A DNA stretch of 51,490 nucleotides from Pyrinomonadaceae bacterium (GCA_045807845.1 JBJMGQ010000085.1:1-51490), one strand, 5' to 3'. Positions 37,736 to 48,113 are shown, numbered from the stretch's first letter. Notes: generated by a model from the sequence alone, not told the origin. Made by a program: numbers and translations.

Positions 37736-37821
37736 GTTTTCAGTTTTCAGTTCTCAGTGTTCAGCTAAGACAAGGAGCTGAATTCTGCGGACTGAAAACT
37801 GAAAACTGAAAACTGAAAACT
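37736..37821 (+). repeat. family B hairpin element, copy B4 (nuoK-nuoL spacer)
   Basis: GTTTTCAGTTTTCAGTTCTCAGTGTTCAG (37736-37764), loop with TAAGACAAGGAGCTG, and four TGAAAAC units ending ..GAAAACT directly before the nuoL ATG at 37822. Confidence 0.92.
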
Positions 37822-40527
37822 ATGCATCGGTACATCTGGCTCGTCCCACTCCTGCCGCTGTTGGGCGCGGCCGTCAACGGGCTGTTGGGTCGCCGGTTCC
37901 GTTTTTCGGAGCGTGTGGTCGGCTCGATAGGCGTCGGCTCGGTGGCGCTCGCGTTCCTCATCAGCCTCGCGGCGGTCATCTCGTACGGCGCGAACGTGTG
38001 GCCCAATCCTTACGTGACGAGCGAGGACGGCGCGTTCTCCTACACGTGGATTCCGGGCGGCGCGGTCGAGCTGACCGAGGGACTGGAAGCGCGCGCCGAC
38101 GTTGAGGCCGGCAGGCTTGCGGACGAAGAGGCTGCGCGCAAGGGGAAAGAGGAGGGCATCGCGTCGGGCGGTTACGTGCTCGTCGCCAAGCCCCATGTGC
38201 CGGAGCGGCGCGGCGTCGGCGCCGTGCTCGATGTGGAGTGGAGTTATCAGCTCGACGCGCTCTCTTCCATCTTCATGCTCGTCGTGACGGGTGTGGGCTT
38301 GTGCATCTTCATCTTCGCGACGGGGTACATGCACGGCGACAAGGGTTTCTATCGCTTCTTCGCCTACCTCGGCCTCTTCATGTTCTCGATGCTCATCCTC
38401 GTGATGGGCTCGAACTTCATGATGATGTTCGTCGGGTGGGAGGGCGTGGGGCTCTGCTCCTACCTGCTCATCGGTTACTACTTCGACCGACGGGAGGCGG
38501 GCGACGCGTCGCGCAAGGCGTTCATCACGAATCGCATCGGCGACTTCGGCTTCGCGCTCGCCGTCTTCGGCGTCATCGCCACCTTCGGCTCGACGCAGTA
38601 CACCGCCGTCTTCGAGCAGGCGCGCGCCTTTCCCATCGAGACGCTGGCGGGCCCCGTCACTTGGGGCGTGATGTCCTGGATTGCGCTCGGCCTCTTCATC
38701 GGCGCATGCGGCAAGTCGGCGCAGATTCCTTTGTACGTCTGGCTGCCCGACGCGATGGCGGGCCCGACGCCTGTCTCTGCGCTCATCCACGCGGCGACGA
38801 TGGTGACGGCCGGGCTCTACATGTTGACGCGCTGCAACGTCATCTTTCAGCACTCGCAGGGAATGATGACAATCGTCGCGGTCGTCGGCGCCCTCACCGC
38901 TCTGTTCGCCGCGACCATCGGCATCACGCAGAACGACATCAAGAAGGTTCTCGCTTACTCGACCGTCTCGCAGCTCGGCTTCATGTTCCTCGCGTGCGGC
39001 GTGGGCGCGTTCGTCGTCGGCATCTTCCACGTGATGACGCACGCCTTCTTCAAGGCGCTGATGTTCCTCGGCGCGGGCTCGGTCATCCACGCGATGCATC
39101 ACGAGCAGGACATGCGCCGGATGGGCGGCCTGCGAAAGTACATGCCGAAGACCTATTGGACGTTCTTCGCGGGCTGGCTCGCCATCTGCGGCATCTTCCC
39201 GTTCGCGGGCTTCTGGTCGAAGGACGAGATACTTTGGAACGCGGCCTCGACCAGCTACGTCCCTTCGGGCTGGCTGCTCTGGCTCATCGCGACCATCTCC
39301 GCCACCTGCACGGCCTTCTACATGACGCGGCTGATGGCTTTGACCTTCTGGGGCAAGGAGCGCTTCCTCGAAGTGCCTGCGGGCGGGCAGGCCGACGAGG
39401 CGCACGCTTTAGCGTATGCCGAAGGTGAGACGACGCACGCGGCCTCGACGCCTTCGGTCGGCGACCGGCCGCACCACGGCCCCGAGGAGAGGGTCGGCGC
39501 GGCGCACGCGTTAGAGTCGGCCGCGGCCGGAGAGCCCGAAGGCGCCGACGCGCGCGGCCACGACGTACACGACCATCACGACCCCGGCGAACCCGCGGGC
39601 CACGGCCAACACCCGCACGGCTCTGTTCTGCCGCACGAGTCGCCGCCGTCGATGTGGGTGCCGCTGGCGGTGCTGGCGGTGCTGGCGACTATCGGCGGCT
39701 TCGTCGGCATCAGCCCCGCCTTCGCGGGCGGCGCGCACGTCGGCGGCAAGCTGAATATTGTTAACTGGCTCGACCCAATCATCTGGAATCCTTTGACGGG
39801 TCAGTTCGGCAAGGAGTCGCACGCAGAGACCTCCGCGCTCGAAGCGCACGACAAGGAGACGGCCGGGCGCGAGGCCGTCAAGCAGGAGGGCAGCCACGCC
39901 GCGCCGCTCCCGACGCGCACCGACGTAATACACGACGCCTCAATCGAGCACGGCGCGCATCTCGCGCCCTACGGCGACGAGGGACGCTTCAATCTCGCGC
40001 ACGCCGTGCAGAACGTGCTCGGGACTCACGAGCGGGCCGAGTGGTTCTTCATCATCTTCTCGCTCGTCGTCGCGGGCTTCGGCATCTGGCTCGGCTTCCT
40101 CTTCTACGTCTGGCGGCCGGAGCTGCCGGGGCTGTGGGCGCAGAGGCTCGCGCCGCTCTATCGCGCGAGCTTCAACAAGTACTGGGTTGACGAGTTGTAC
40201 GGCATGCTCTTCACGCGGCGGACGATGGACGCGGCGCGCGGCGTCTACGCGACCGACTCGCGCATCATCGACGGCGCGGTCAACGGCGTGGCTTGGCTCA
40301 CGCGCCAGCTCAGCCGGTTCACGGGCAACACCGACCGGCTTGTCGTAGACGGCGCGGTCAATGGCGTCGCGGGCTTCATCAAGCTCTTGATGTCGCCGCT
40401 GCTGCGCGCCGCGCAGACGGGCGTGACGGCCAACTACGCGCTCGCCATGTTGCTCGGGCTCGTCGCGGCCATCGGCCTCTTCTTCGGGCCGGATATTTGG
40501 GCCAGTCTGACGAGCGCCTTCAGATAG
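37822..40527 (+). CDS. nuoL: NADH-quinone oxidoreductase subunit L, unusually long (901 aa) with three inserted segments
   Basis: Core motifs: FVGWEGVGLCSYLLIGYYF, GKSAQIPLYVWLPDAMAGPTPVSALIHAATMVTAG, SQLGFMF. Insertions at about 38075-38245, 39370-39645 (His-rich) and 39810-39985. Confidence 0.93.
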   Translation: MHRYIWLVPLLPLLGAAVNGLLGRRFRFSERVVGSIGVGSVALAFLISLAAVISYGANVWPNPYVTSEDGAFSYTWIPGGAVELTEGLEARADVEAGRLADEEAARKGKEEGIASGGYVLVAKPHVPERRGVGAVLDVEWSYQLDALSSIFMLVVTGVGLCIFIFATGYMHGDKGFYRFFAYLGLFMFSMLILVMGSNFMMMFVGWEGVGLCSYLLIGYYFDRREAGDASRKAFITNRIGDFGFALAVFGVIATFGSTQYTAVFEQARAFPIETLAGPVTWGVMSWIALGLFIGACGKSAQIPLYVWLPDAMAGPTPVSALIHAATMVTAGLYMLTRCNVIFQHSQGMMTIVAVVGALTALFAATIGITQNDIKKVLAYSTVSQLGFMFLACGVGAFVVGIFHVMTHAFFKALMFLGAGSVIHAMHHEQDMRRMGGLRKYMPKTYWTFFAGWLAICGIFPFAGFWSKDEILWNAASTSYVPSGWLLWLIATISATCTAFYMTRLMALTFWGKERFLEVPAGGQADEAHALAYAEGETTHAASTPSVGDRPHHGPEERVGAAHALESAAAGEPEGADARGHDVHDHHDPGEPAGHGQHPHGSVLPHESPPSMWVPLAVLAVLATIGGFVGISPAFAGGAHVGGKLNIVNWLDPIIWNPLTGQFGKESHAETSALEAHDKETAGREAVKQEGSHAAPLPTRTDVIHDASIEHGAHLAPYGDEGRFNLAHAVQNVLGTHERAEWFFIIFSLVVAGFGIWLGFLFYVWRPELPGLWAQRLAPLYRASFNKYWVDELYGMLFTRRTMDAARGVYATDSRIIDGAVNGVAWLTRQLSRFTGNTDRLVVDGAVNGVAGFIKLLMSPLLRAAQTGVTANYALAMLLGLVAAIGLFFGPDIWASLTSAFR

Positions 40528-40586
40528 CTTCTTCGCCTTCGCCTTCTAAGTTCGCGGCGGGCCGAGTCTCGCCTTCGGGGTGCACA

Positions 40587-42290
40587 GTGAAAATTCCCTA
40601 TCTCCTTTCAATCATCACGTGGCTGCCGGCGGTCGGCGCGATTATCGTCCTGTTCCTTTTTAAGAAGGGGCAGGAGGGCGCCATCAAGCGTTTCGCGACC
40701 GCGTGGTTCGCGCTCGACTTCGTGGTCTCGCTCGCGCTTCTCGGTTATGACCGCGGCCTCGGCGGGTTTCAGTTCCTCGAAGACGCGCAGTGGATTCCGG
40801 TCATCGGGGCGCGCTACCAGATGGCGGCCGACGGCGTGGCCGTGCTGCTGCTACTGCTGACGACGCTGCTGGGCTGGATCGCGTCGCTCTCTTCGTGGGA
40901 GTACATCCAGAAGCGCGAGAAGGAGTACTACGTTCTGCTGCTGCTGTTGCAGACCTCGGTGCTCGGCGTCTTCTGCTCGGCCGACCTCTTCCTCTTCTTC
41001 CTCTTCTTCGAAGTCTCGCTCGTGCCGATGTACTTCCTCATCGGCATCTGGGGCGGCGAGCGCCGTCTCTATGCGGCCATCAAGTTCTTTCTCTACACGC
41101 TGGCGGGCTCGGTGGGGCTCCTGCTCGGCATGATTAAGATGTACTTTCTGACGCAGGACGCGTCACTCGTCGGCGCCATCGCGCCCGCGACGAAGGCGCT
41201 CGTGGCGGGCAACGATGCCGCGCTGGCGATGCTCAACAACAGCTTCGCCGCGGCGCAGAGCACGGGCACCGGCACCTTCAACATCATGTTCATGCAGTCG
41301 CTCGGCTCCGCTATCCCGATGGGGACGATGCAGGTGCTTCTCTTCTTCGCCTTCGCCATCGGCTTCGCCATCAAGGTGCCGATGTGGCCCTTCCACACGT
41401 GGCTCCCCGATGCGCACGTCGAGGCGCCGACGGCAGGCTCCGTCATCCTCGCAGGCATTCTGCTCAAGCTCGGCACATACGGTTTCTACCGCTTCAACCT
41501 GCCCTTCTTTCCGAAGGCCGCCATCGACCAGAGCTACTTCTGGAACGGTGCGTTCGGCGTGCGTAACGTGATGGTCGTCCTCGCCATCATCAGCATCATC
41601 TACGGCGCGCTGGCCGCGATGTACTTCGTCGTCAAGCGCGACGGCGACGTGAAGAAGCTGGTGGCCTACTCGTCGGTCTCTTCGATGGGCGTGGTGATGC
41701 TCGGGCTCTTCTCTTTGAACCCGAACGGCCTGAACGGCGCCGTGCTCCACATGATCAACCACGGCATCTACTCGGGCGCGCTCTTCCTACTTGTAGGCAT
41801 CATCTACGAGCGGCGGCACACGCGCGCCGTCAACGAGTTCGGCGGGCTCTCGCACGTGATGCCCGGTTACGCGGCGGTCTTTCTCGCGATGGCGATGACG
41901 GCCATCGGGCTGCCGCTGCTCTGCGTCTTCATCTCGGAGTTCCTCTCCATGCGGGGCGCGTTCGAGGCGAATCCGCAGTGGGCGGGCTGGGCGGCGCTGG
42001 GGATTATTCTGAACGCGGGTTACATGCTCTGGCTCTATCAACGGATGTTCTTCGGCAACATCGAGAACCCGAAGAACGAGAAGCTCCACGACCTGAAGGG
42101 GCGCGAGTGGGCCTACATGATTCCGCTCTTAATCATGTCGCTCTGGATCGGCGTCTATCCCAAGCCCTTCATCGACTTCATTCAGAAGCCCGTCGCCGCC
42201 CTCGTCAAACACGTCCGCCCCGACTATCCCGTCTCGCCCGCCGCGCCCATGCGCGCGCCGCAGACGGCGGAGCGGCAGGTCAACAAGTAA
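40587..42290 (+). CDS. nuoM: NADH-quinone oxidoreductase subunit M
   Basis: FFEVSLVPMYFLIGIWGG, PFHTWLPDAHVEAPTAGSVILAGILLKLG. Start set to the in-frame GTG at 40587 (VKIPYLLSIITWLP); the upstream part of the ORF is Arg-rich noise. Confidence 0.9.
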   Translation: MKIPYLLSIITWLPAVGAIIVLFLFKKGQEGAIKRFATAWFALDFVVSLALLGYDRGLGGFQFLEDAQWIPVIGARYQMAADGVAVLLLLLTTLLGWIASLSSWEYIQKREKEYYVLLLLLQTSVLGVFCSADLFLFFLFFEVSLVPMYFLIGIWGGERRLYAAIKFFLYTLAGSVGLLLGMIKMYFLTQDASLVGAIAPATKALVAGNDAALAMLNNSFAAAQSTGTGTFNIMFMQSLGSAIPMGTMQVLLFFAFAIGFAIKVPMWPFHTWLPDAHVEAPTAGSVILAGILLKLGTYGFYRFNLPFFPKAAIDQSYFWNGAFGVRNVMVVLAIISIIYGALAAMYFVVKRDGDVKKLVAYSSVSSMGVVMLGLFSLNPNGLNGAVLHMINHGIYSGALFLLVGIIYERRHTRAVNEFGGLSHVMPGYAAVFLAMAMTAIGLPLLCVFISEFLSMRGAFEANPQWAGWAALGIILNAGYMLWLYQRMFFGNIENPKNEKLHDLKGREWAYMIPLLIMSLWIGVYPKPFIDFIQKPVAALVKHVRPDYPVSPAAPMRAPQTAERQVNK

Positions 42291-42306
42291 AAGAAAGGAG
42301 ACTCGT

Positions 42307-42681
42307 ATGACTTTGCGAATGAGACTTCCGGCCGCCGCGCTGGCGACGCTGATGCTTCTGACGGCATTCGGCACGCCGGCCGCGAACGCGGCTGAGACGC
42401 GCCTGCGCTTCTCGCACGGGCACGCGAGCAAGGTGGTGCGCGGCACCGGCGGTGCGGATTACGTGTTTCGCGCCAACACCGGCCAGAAACTGGTCGTGAT
42501 TCTGACGGCCCCGCGCGACACGATCTTCAGCCTGCAATCCCCCAACGGAACGAACATGGCGGGCGAAGGCGGAAACGGGCGCGCCGAGTTCCAGTTAGAG
42601 GAGACGGGCGACTACCATCTCTCCGTCTTCAGTCGCAGCGGCAAGCGCCGGCACTACACGCTCTCCGTCAGCATTCTCTGA
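42307..42681 (+). CDS. secreted small beta-sandwich protein (pre-peptidase C-terminal/PPC-like pattern) embedded between nuoM and nuoN
   Basis: 124 aa with strong AGGAG 7 nt upstream and a signal peptide (LATLMLLTAFGTPAANAAE). ADYVFRANTGQKLVVIL..DTIFSLQSPNG..GDYHLSVFS..YTLSVSI fits the PPC-domain pattern (from memory). Confidence 0.65.
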   Translation: MTLRMRLPAAALATLMLLTAFGTPAANAAETRLRFSHGHASKVVRGTGGADYVFRANTGQKLVVILTAPRDTIFSLQSPNGTNMAGEGGNGRAEFQLEETGDYHLSVFSRSGKRRHYTLSVSIL

Positions 42682-42724
42682 GCGGGTGGGGCGCGCGCCC
42701 CGCCCCGAAAGAAGCACGAATCCA

Positions 42725-44347
<1,623 letters not shown>

Positions 44348-44398
44348 GCCGCCCGTCGTCCACAGACACATACAGACAAGGACAAGAGGGAAGCAACA

Positions 44399-45172
44399 AT
44401 GGCAGGCGAGTTGGAAGGAAGGGTCGCCCTCGTCACGGGCGCGACTTCGGGGATAGGGCACGCGACGGCGCTCAAGTTCGCCGCCGAGGGCGCGCAGGTC
44501 GCACTCGTCGGTCGCGACGCGGAGACTCTGAGCGCGGTCGCGGAGGAGATTCGCGCGGGCGGCGGCGAGGCCGTCGAGATTCAGGCCGACGTGACCGTCG
44601 AAGCGCACGCGCGCCGCGCCGTCGAGACGGCCGTGGAAGCGCTTGGCGGTATAGACGTGCTCGTCAACGCGGCCGGCATCATCTCGAACGGCACCGTCGA
44701 GACGACGCAGCTCTCCGACTGGGACGCGATGATGAACGTCAACCTGCGCTCGGTCTTTCATCTCATGCAGCTCGCCGCGCCGTACCTCGAACGCAGACCC
44801 GGCAACGTCGTCAACGTGTCGAGCGTGACGGGCTTGCGCGCCTTCCCCGGCGTGCTCGCCTACTGCGTCTCGAAGGCGGGAGTAGACCAGCTCACGCGCT
44901 GCGCCGCTCTGGAGCTGGCGCCGAAGGGCGTCCGCGTCAACGCCGTCAACCCCGGCGTCGTCGTCACGCAGATTCACCGGCGCGGCGGCATGGCCGAGGA
45001 GAAGTACGCGGACTTCCTCGAACACTCGAAGACGACGCACCCCTTGGGGCGCGTCGGCGCGGCCGAAGAGGTCGCCGAGCTGATTCTGTTCCTCGCCTCT
45101 GACCGCGCCGCGTGGATAACCGGCGCGACTTACTCACTCGACGGCGGCCGCGCGCAAACCTGCGCCCGCTGA
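44399..45172 (+). CDS. SDR family oxidoreductase (FabG-like)
   Basis: TGATSGIGHATA (TGxxxGIG), NAAG, and YCVSKAG (YxxxK). Confidence 0.9.
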   Translation: MAGELEGRVALVTGATSGIGHATALKFAAEGAQVALVGRDAETLSAVAEEIRAGGGEAVEIQADVTVEAHARRAVETAVEALGGIDVLVNAAGIISNGTVETTQLSDWDAMMNVNLRSVFHLMQLAAPYLERRPGNVVNVSSVTGLRAFPGVLAYCVSKAGVDQLTRCAALELAPKGVRVNAVNPGVVVTQIHRRGGMAEEKYADFLEHSKTTHPLGRVGAAEEVAELILFLASDRAAWITGATYSLDGGRAQTCAR

Positions 45173-46383
45173 TGCTCGCCTTCTACATCCTCGCCGCGCT
45201 GGTCGTATTGCAAAGCCTCGCATCGCTGCGCGGCGGCGTGCGTTATCTCAACTTCTTCCGGCGCGAGTTGGAGGCGCCGCGCGCTCTCTACATGCCCTGC
45301 GCCTCGGTCTTCGTCCCGTGCCGCGGGATGGATCAAGGGCTGCGTCTGAACCTGCTGGCGCTCTTCCGTCAACACTACCCGGCCTATGAGCTGGTCTTCG
45401 TCTCCGACCGCGCGGAAGACCCCGCGCTCGAAATCGCGCGACAACTGGCGCGAGAGTTGGAGGGCGAGACGGTCGCGCGCACGCGCTTCGTCGTCGCGGG
45501 GCCTGCGAACGACAGCGGGCAGAAGGTTCACAACCTGCGCGCGGCTGTCGCGGAGGCCGACCCGTCGAGCGAGGTCTTCGTCTTCGTGGACACGGACGCG
45601 CGGGCGCGTGCCGACTGGCTGCGCGCGCTGGTCGCGCCGCTTGCAGACGAGGGCGTGGGCGCCGCGACCGGCTACCGCTGGTTCCTGCCCGCAGGCGGCG
45701 GCCTCGCTTCGCAACTGCGCTCGGTGTGGAACGCGTCCATTGCCTCGGCGCTCGGCGCGAACGTGCGCGGAAACTTCTGCTGGGGCGGCTCGACGGCCGT
45801 CCGGCGCGAGACGTTCGAGCGGCTGGGGATGAGCGACCGCTGGCGCGGCACCGTCTCGGACGACTACGCGCTGACGCGCGCGCTGCAAGCGGCGCGTCTT
45901 CCTATCCGCTTCGTGCCCGCATGCCTGAACGCGTCGGTCGAAGACTGCACCTTCCCCGAGCTGTTCGAGTTCACCACGCGGCAGTTGAAAATCACGCGGG
46001 TCTACGCGCCGCAACTGTGGGCGTTCGTCCTCGTCTCGAATCTGCTCTTCGTCTCGGTCTTCTTCGGCGGCCTCGCGCTGGCGGCGTGGCGCGGGGCGGC
46101 CGGGCTCTCGTTCGTCTGGCCGCTCGTGCTCGTGTCGGTCATCTTTCTACTGGGACTGTGGAAAGCCTTCTTCCGCCTGCGCGCCGTGGCGCTCGTGCTC
46201 GAAGAGCATCACGGGCGCCTGCGCAGTGGCGTCTGGGCGCATCTGCTGCTGTGGCCTTTGACGGCCGCGCTCTTCCTCTACAACGCGACCGCCGCCGCGC
46301 TCTCGCGCCGCATCGTCTGGCGCGGCATCGGGTACGAATTGAAATCGCCGACGGAAACTGAGATTATCGAGCCGGATGCTTAA
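45172..46383 (+). CDS. membrane glycosyltransferase, GT2/GT21-like (ceramide glucosyltransferase / HpnI-like architecture)
   Basis: N-terminal TM, PCRGMD, VFVDTDA (DxD), GGSTAVRRE, SDDYALT, TTRQLKITRVY ((Q/R)xxRW-like position), and C-terminal TM helices. The ATG overlaps the SDR stop (TGATG). Confidence 0.78.
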   Translation: MLAFYILAALVVLQSLASLRGGVRYLNFFRRELEAPRALYMPCASVFVPCRGMDQGLRLNLLALFRQHYPAYELVFVSDRAEDPALEIARQLARELEGETVARTRFVVAGPANDSGQKVHNLRAAVAEADPSSEVFVFVDTDARARADWLRALVAPLADEGVGAATGYRWFLPAGGGLASQLRSVWNASIASALGANVRGNFCWGGSTAVRRETFERLGMSDRWRGTVSDDYALTRALQAARLPIRFVPACLNASVEDCTFPELFEFTTRQLKITRVYAPQLWAFVLVSNLLFVSVFFGGLALAAWRGAAGLSFVWPLVLVSVIFLLGLWKAFFRLRAVALVLEEHHGRLRSGVWAHLLLWPLTAALFLYNATAAALSRRIVWRGIGYELKSPTETEIIEPDA

Positions 46384-47497
46384 CAAGGTCACACAACTCG
46401 TCCAGCTCCTCCGCTCGACTGAGCGCGAGCGACGCCTCGGCACGCTCATCTTCTTCGTCACGTCGCGCTGCAACGCGAAGTGCGAGACCTGCTTCTATCA
46501 CGAGGAGCTGAACCAACCGGGCGACCTGACCTTCGAGCAGATCGAGCGCATCTCGCAAACGATGCCCTCGATCACAGACCTCTGGCTCTCGGGCGGCGAG
46601 CCGACGCTGCGCCAAGACATGGACGACGTGATTCGTCTCTTCGTCGAGAACAACGGCGTGCGCCGCGTTATCATCCCGACGAACGGTCTGCTCAAGTCGC
46701 GCACCTACTCGCTCGTCGATAACGCGCTCTCGCTGAAACCAGAACTGCACCTCTACCTCAACGTCGCGCTCGACGGCTACGGCGAGACGCACGACCGCGT
46801 GCGCGGCGTGCCCGGCAACTGGGGGCGCACGCTCGACTGCATACGCGCTCTCTACCCCTTGAAGGGGAAGTACGGCGAGCGCTTTCGCCTCAACGTCAAC
46901 ACCGTCGTCTGCGCCGAGAACTACGCGGAGGTCGGCCGCCTCGCCGACTTCATGTGGGATAACTTTCAGCTCGACGGCCACTACTTCAACGTCGTCCGCG
47001 GCGAGACGAAGGCGGGCGCGTGGGTTAAGCAGATTCCGGCCGAGGTGCTGCCCCGCATGTACGCGCGCGTCTCCGCGCTGACCGAGCGCTACGGCGGTCG
47101 TATGTTCGCCGGAGACGACGCCGCGACCCGCTTCGTCAAATCGGTCGCCTACGTCGGCGCCATCACGACGCACTACCGCACACAGCACGCGAACTTCGGC
47201 GGCGCGTCGGCGTGGCCCTTCCCCTGCACGGCGGGCGAGACGACCGCCGTCATCGACTACAACGGCGACGTGCGCGCCTGCGAGCTGCGTGGAAAGTTCG
47301 CCAGCCTCTCTGACTTCGACTACGACTTCGGGAAGCTGTGGGAGTCCGAAGGGAGGCAGGCCGAGCTGAGTCAAATTGAGGGCGGCCGTGCCTGCTGGTG
47401 CACGCACGTCTGCTTCATACACGACTCGATGCGCCACTCGCGCCGCGCGCAGTTGTGGGAGGTGCCGCGGAACTACCTGACCCGGAGCCGCTGGTAA
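46376..47497 (+). CDS. radical SAM protein with a SPASM/twitch-like C-terminal Cys cluster
   Basis: CNAKCETC (CxxxCxxC), GGEPTL, and a C-terminal C..C-x(n)-C..CWC..C segment (CTAGETTAVIDYNGDVRACE..ACWCTHVCF). Overlaps the GT gene by 8 nt. Confidence 0.85.
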   Translation: MLNKVTQLVQLLRSTERERRLGTLIFFVTSRCNAKCETCFYHEELNQPGDLTFEQIERISQTMPSITDLWLSGGEPTLRQDMDDVIRLFVENNGVRRVIIPTNGLLKSRTYSLVDNALSLKPELHLYLNVALDGYGETHDRVRGVPGNWGRTLDCIRALYPLKGKYGERFRLNVNTVVCAENYAEVGRLADFMWDNFQLDGHYFNVVRGETKAGAWVKQIPAEVLPRMYARVSALTERYGGRMFAGDDAATRFVKSVAYVGAITTHYRTQHANFGGASAWPFPCTAGETTAVIDYNGDVRACELRGKFASLSDFDYDFGKLWESEGRQAELSQIEGGRACWCTHVCFIHDSMRHSRRAQLWEVPRNYLTRSRW

Positions 47498-47590
47498 AGA
47501 GAAAGACTGCGAACGCTTTCGGTCGCAAGAGCGTTTATGCTGGCAGAGGGAAGCAAACGAAACTCTATCAGCCCGCGGAGGTTTTAAAGT

Positions 47591-47863
47591 ATGAAGCTCT
47601 TCAAACTCCTGTTCATTCTACTCGCGCTCGTCTTCGTCGTCTGGGGCGGGTTCTGGCTCTTCGGCGTGGTGGCCGGCCTTTTATACTTTCTAGTCAAATG
47701 GGTCGTCATCATCAGCGTCATCGCGCTCGCAGGGGCCGGCGCCTACAAGCTGTTCGCGGGCCCCGACAAAGATGCGCAGGCCGCGCTCTCGCCGGCCGAG
47801 GCAGAGATGTTGAAGGCCGAGCGGCTGCTCGCAGACCTGCGGCGCAAGGAGTTGACCAAGTAG
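47591..47863 (+). CDS. small two-TM membrane protein with a charged C-terminal helix
   Basis: 90-aa ORF with GGAGG 9 nt upstream. Hydrophobic N-terminal two-thirds. Confidence 0.5.
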   Translation: MKLFKLLFILLALVFVVWGGFWLFGVVAGLLYFLVKWVVIISVIALAGAGAYKLFAGPDKDAQAALSPAEAEMLKAERLLADLRRKELTK

Positions 47864-47876
47864 ACGGGGGAGGGGG

Positions 47877-48113
47877 ATGGCCGAGGGCGAGCCGGATAAA
47901 GGTGACGGTCAGGAGCGCGAGGCGGCGCGCGGCAGCGGCATCGCGTACGCGGCGGGGCTCTCCATCTTCTTCTCGGTGCTCACGTGCATGGGGCTGGGCT
48001 GGGCGCTCGACCGTTATTTCGGCACCGGTTGGCTGATGGTCGCAGGCATCCTCCTTGGCGCGGCCGTCGGCTTCTACCAGTTCATACGCATCATGTCCCG
48101 GCTCGACAAGTAA
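47877..48113 (+). CDS. atpZ: AtpZ/ATPase_gene1-like small membrane protein
   Basis: 78 aa, two TM helices with GLGWALDRYFGTG..LLGAAVGFYQFIR, positioned upstream of atpI/atpB. Confidence 0.62.
   Translation: MAEGEPDKGDGQEREAARGSGIAYAAGLSIFFSVLTCMGLGWALDRYFGTGWLMVAGILLGAAVGFYQFIRIMSRLDK

Noticed and set aside
26581-37821. Whether the repeated hairpin elements could be a CRISPR array.
   Set aside because: The copies are kilobases apart, each sits between genes, each is an inverted repeat of heptads rather than a direct repeat separated by unique spacers, and no cas genes are present.
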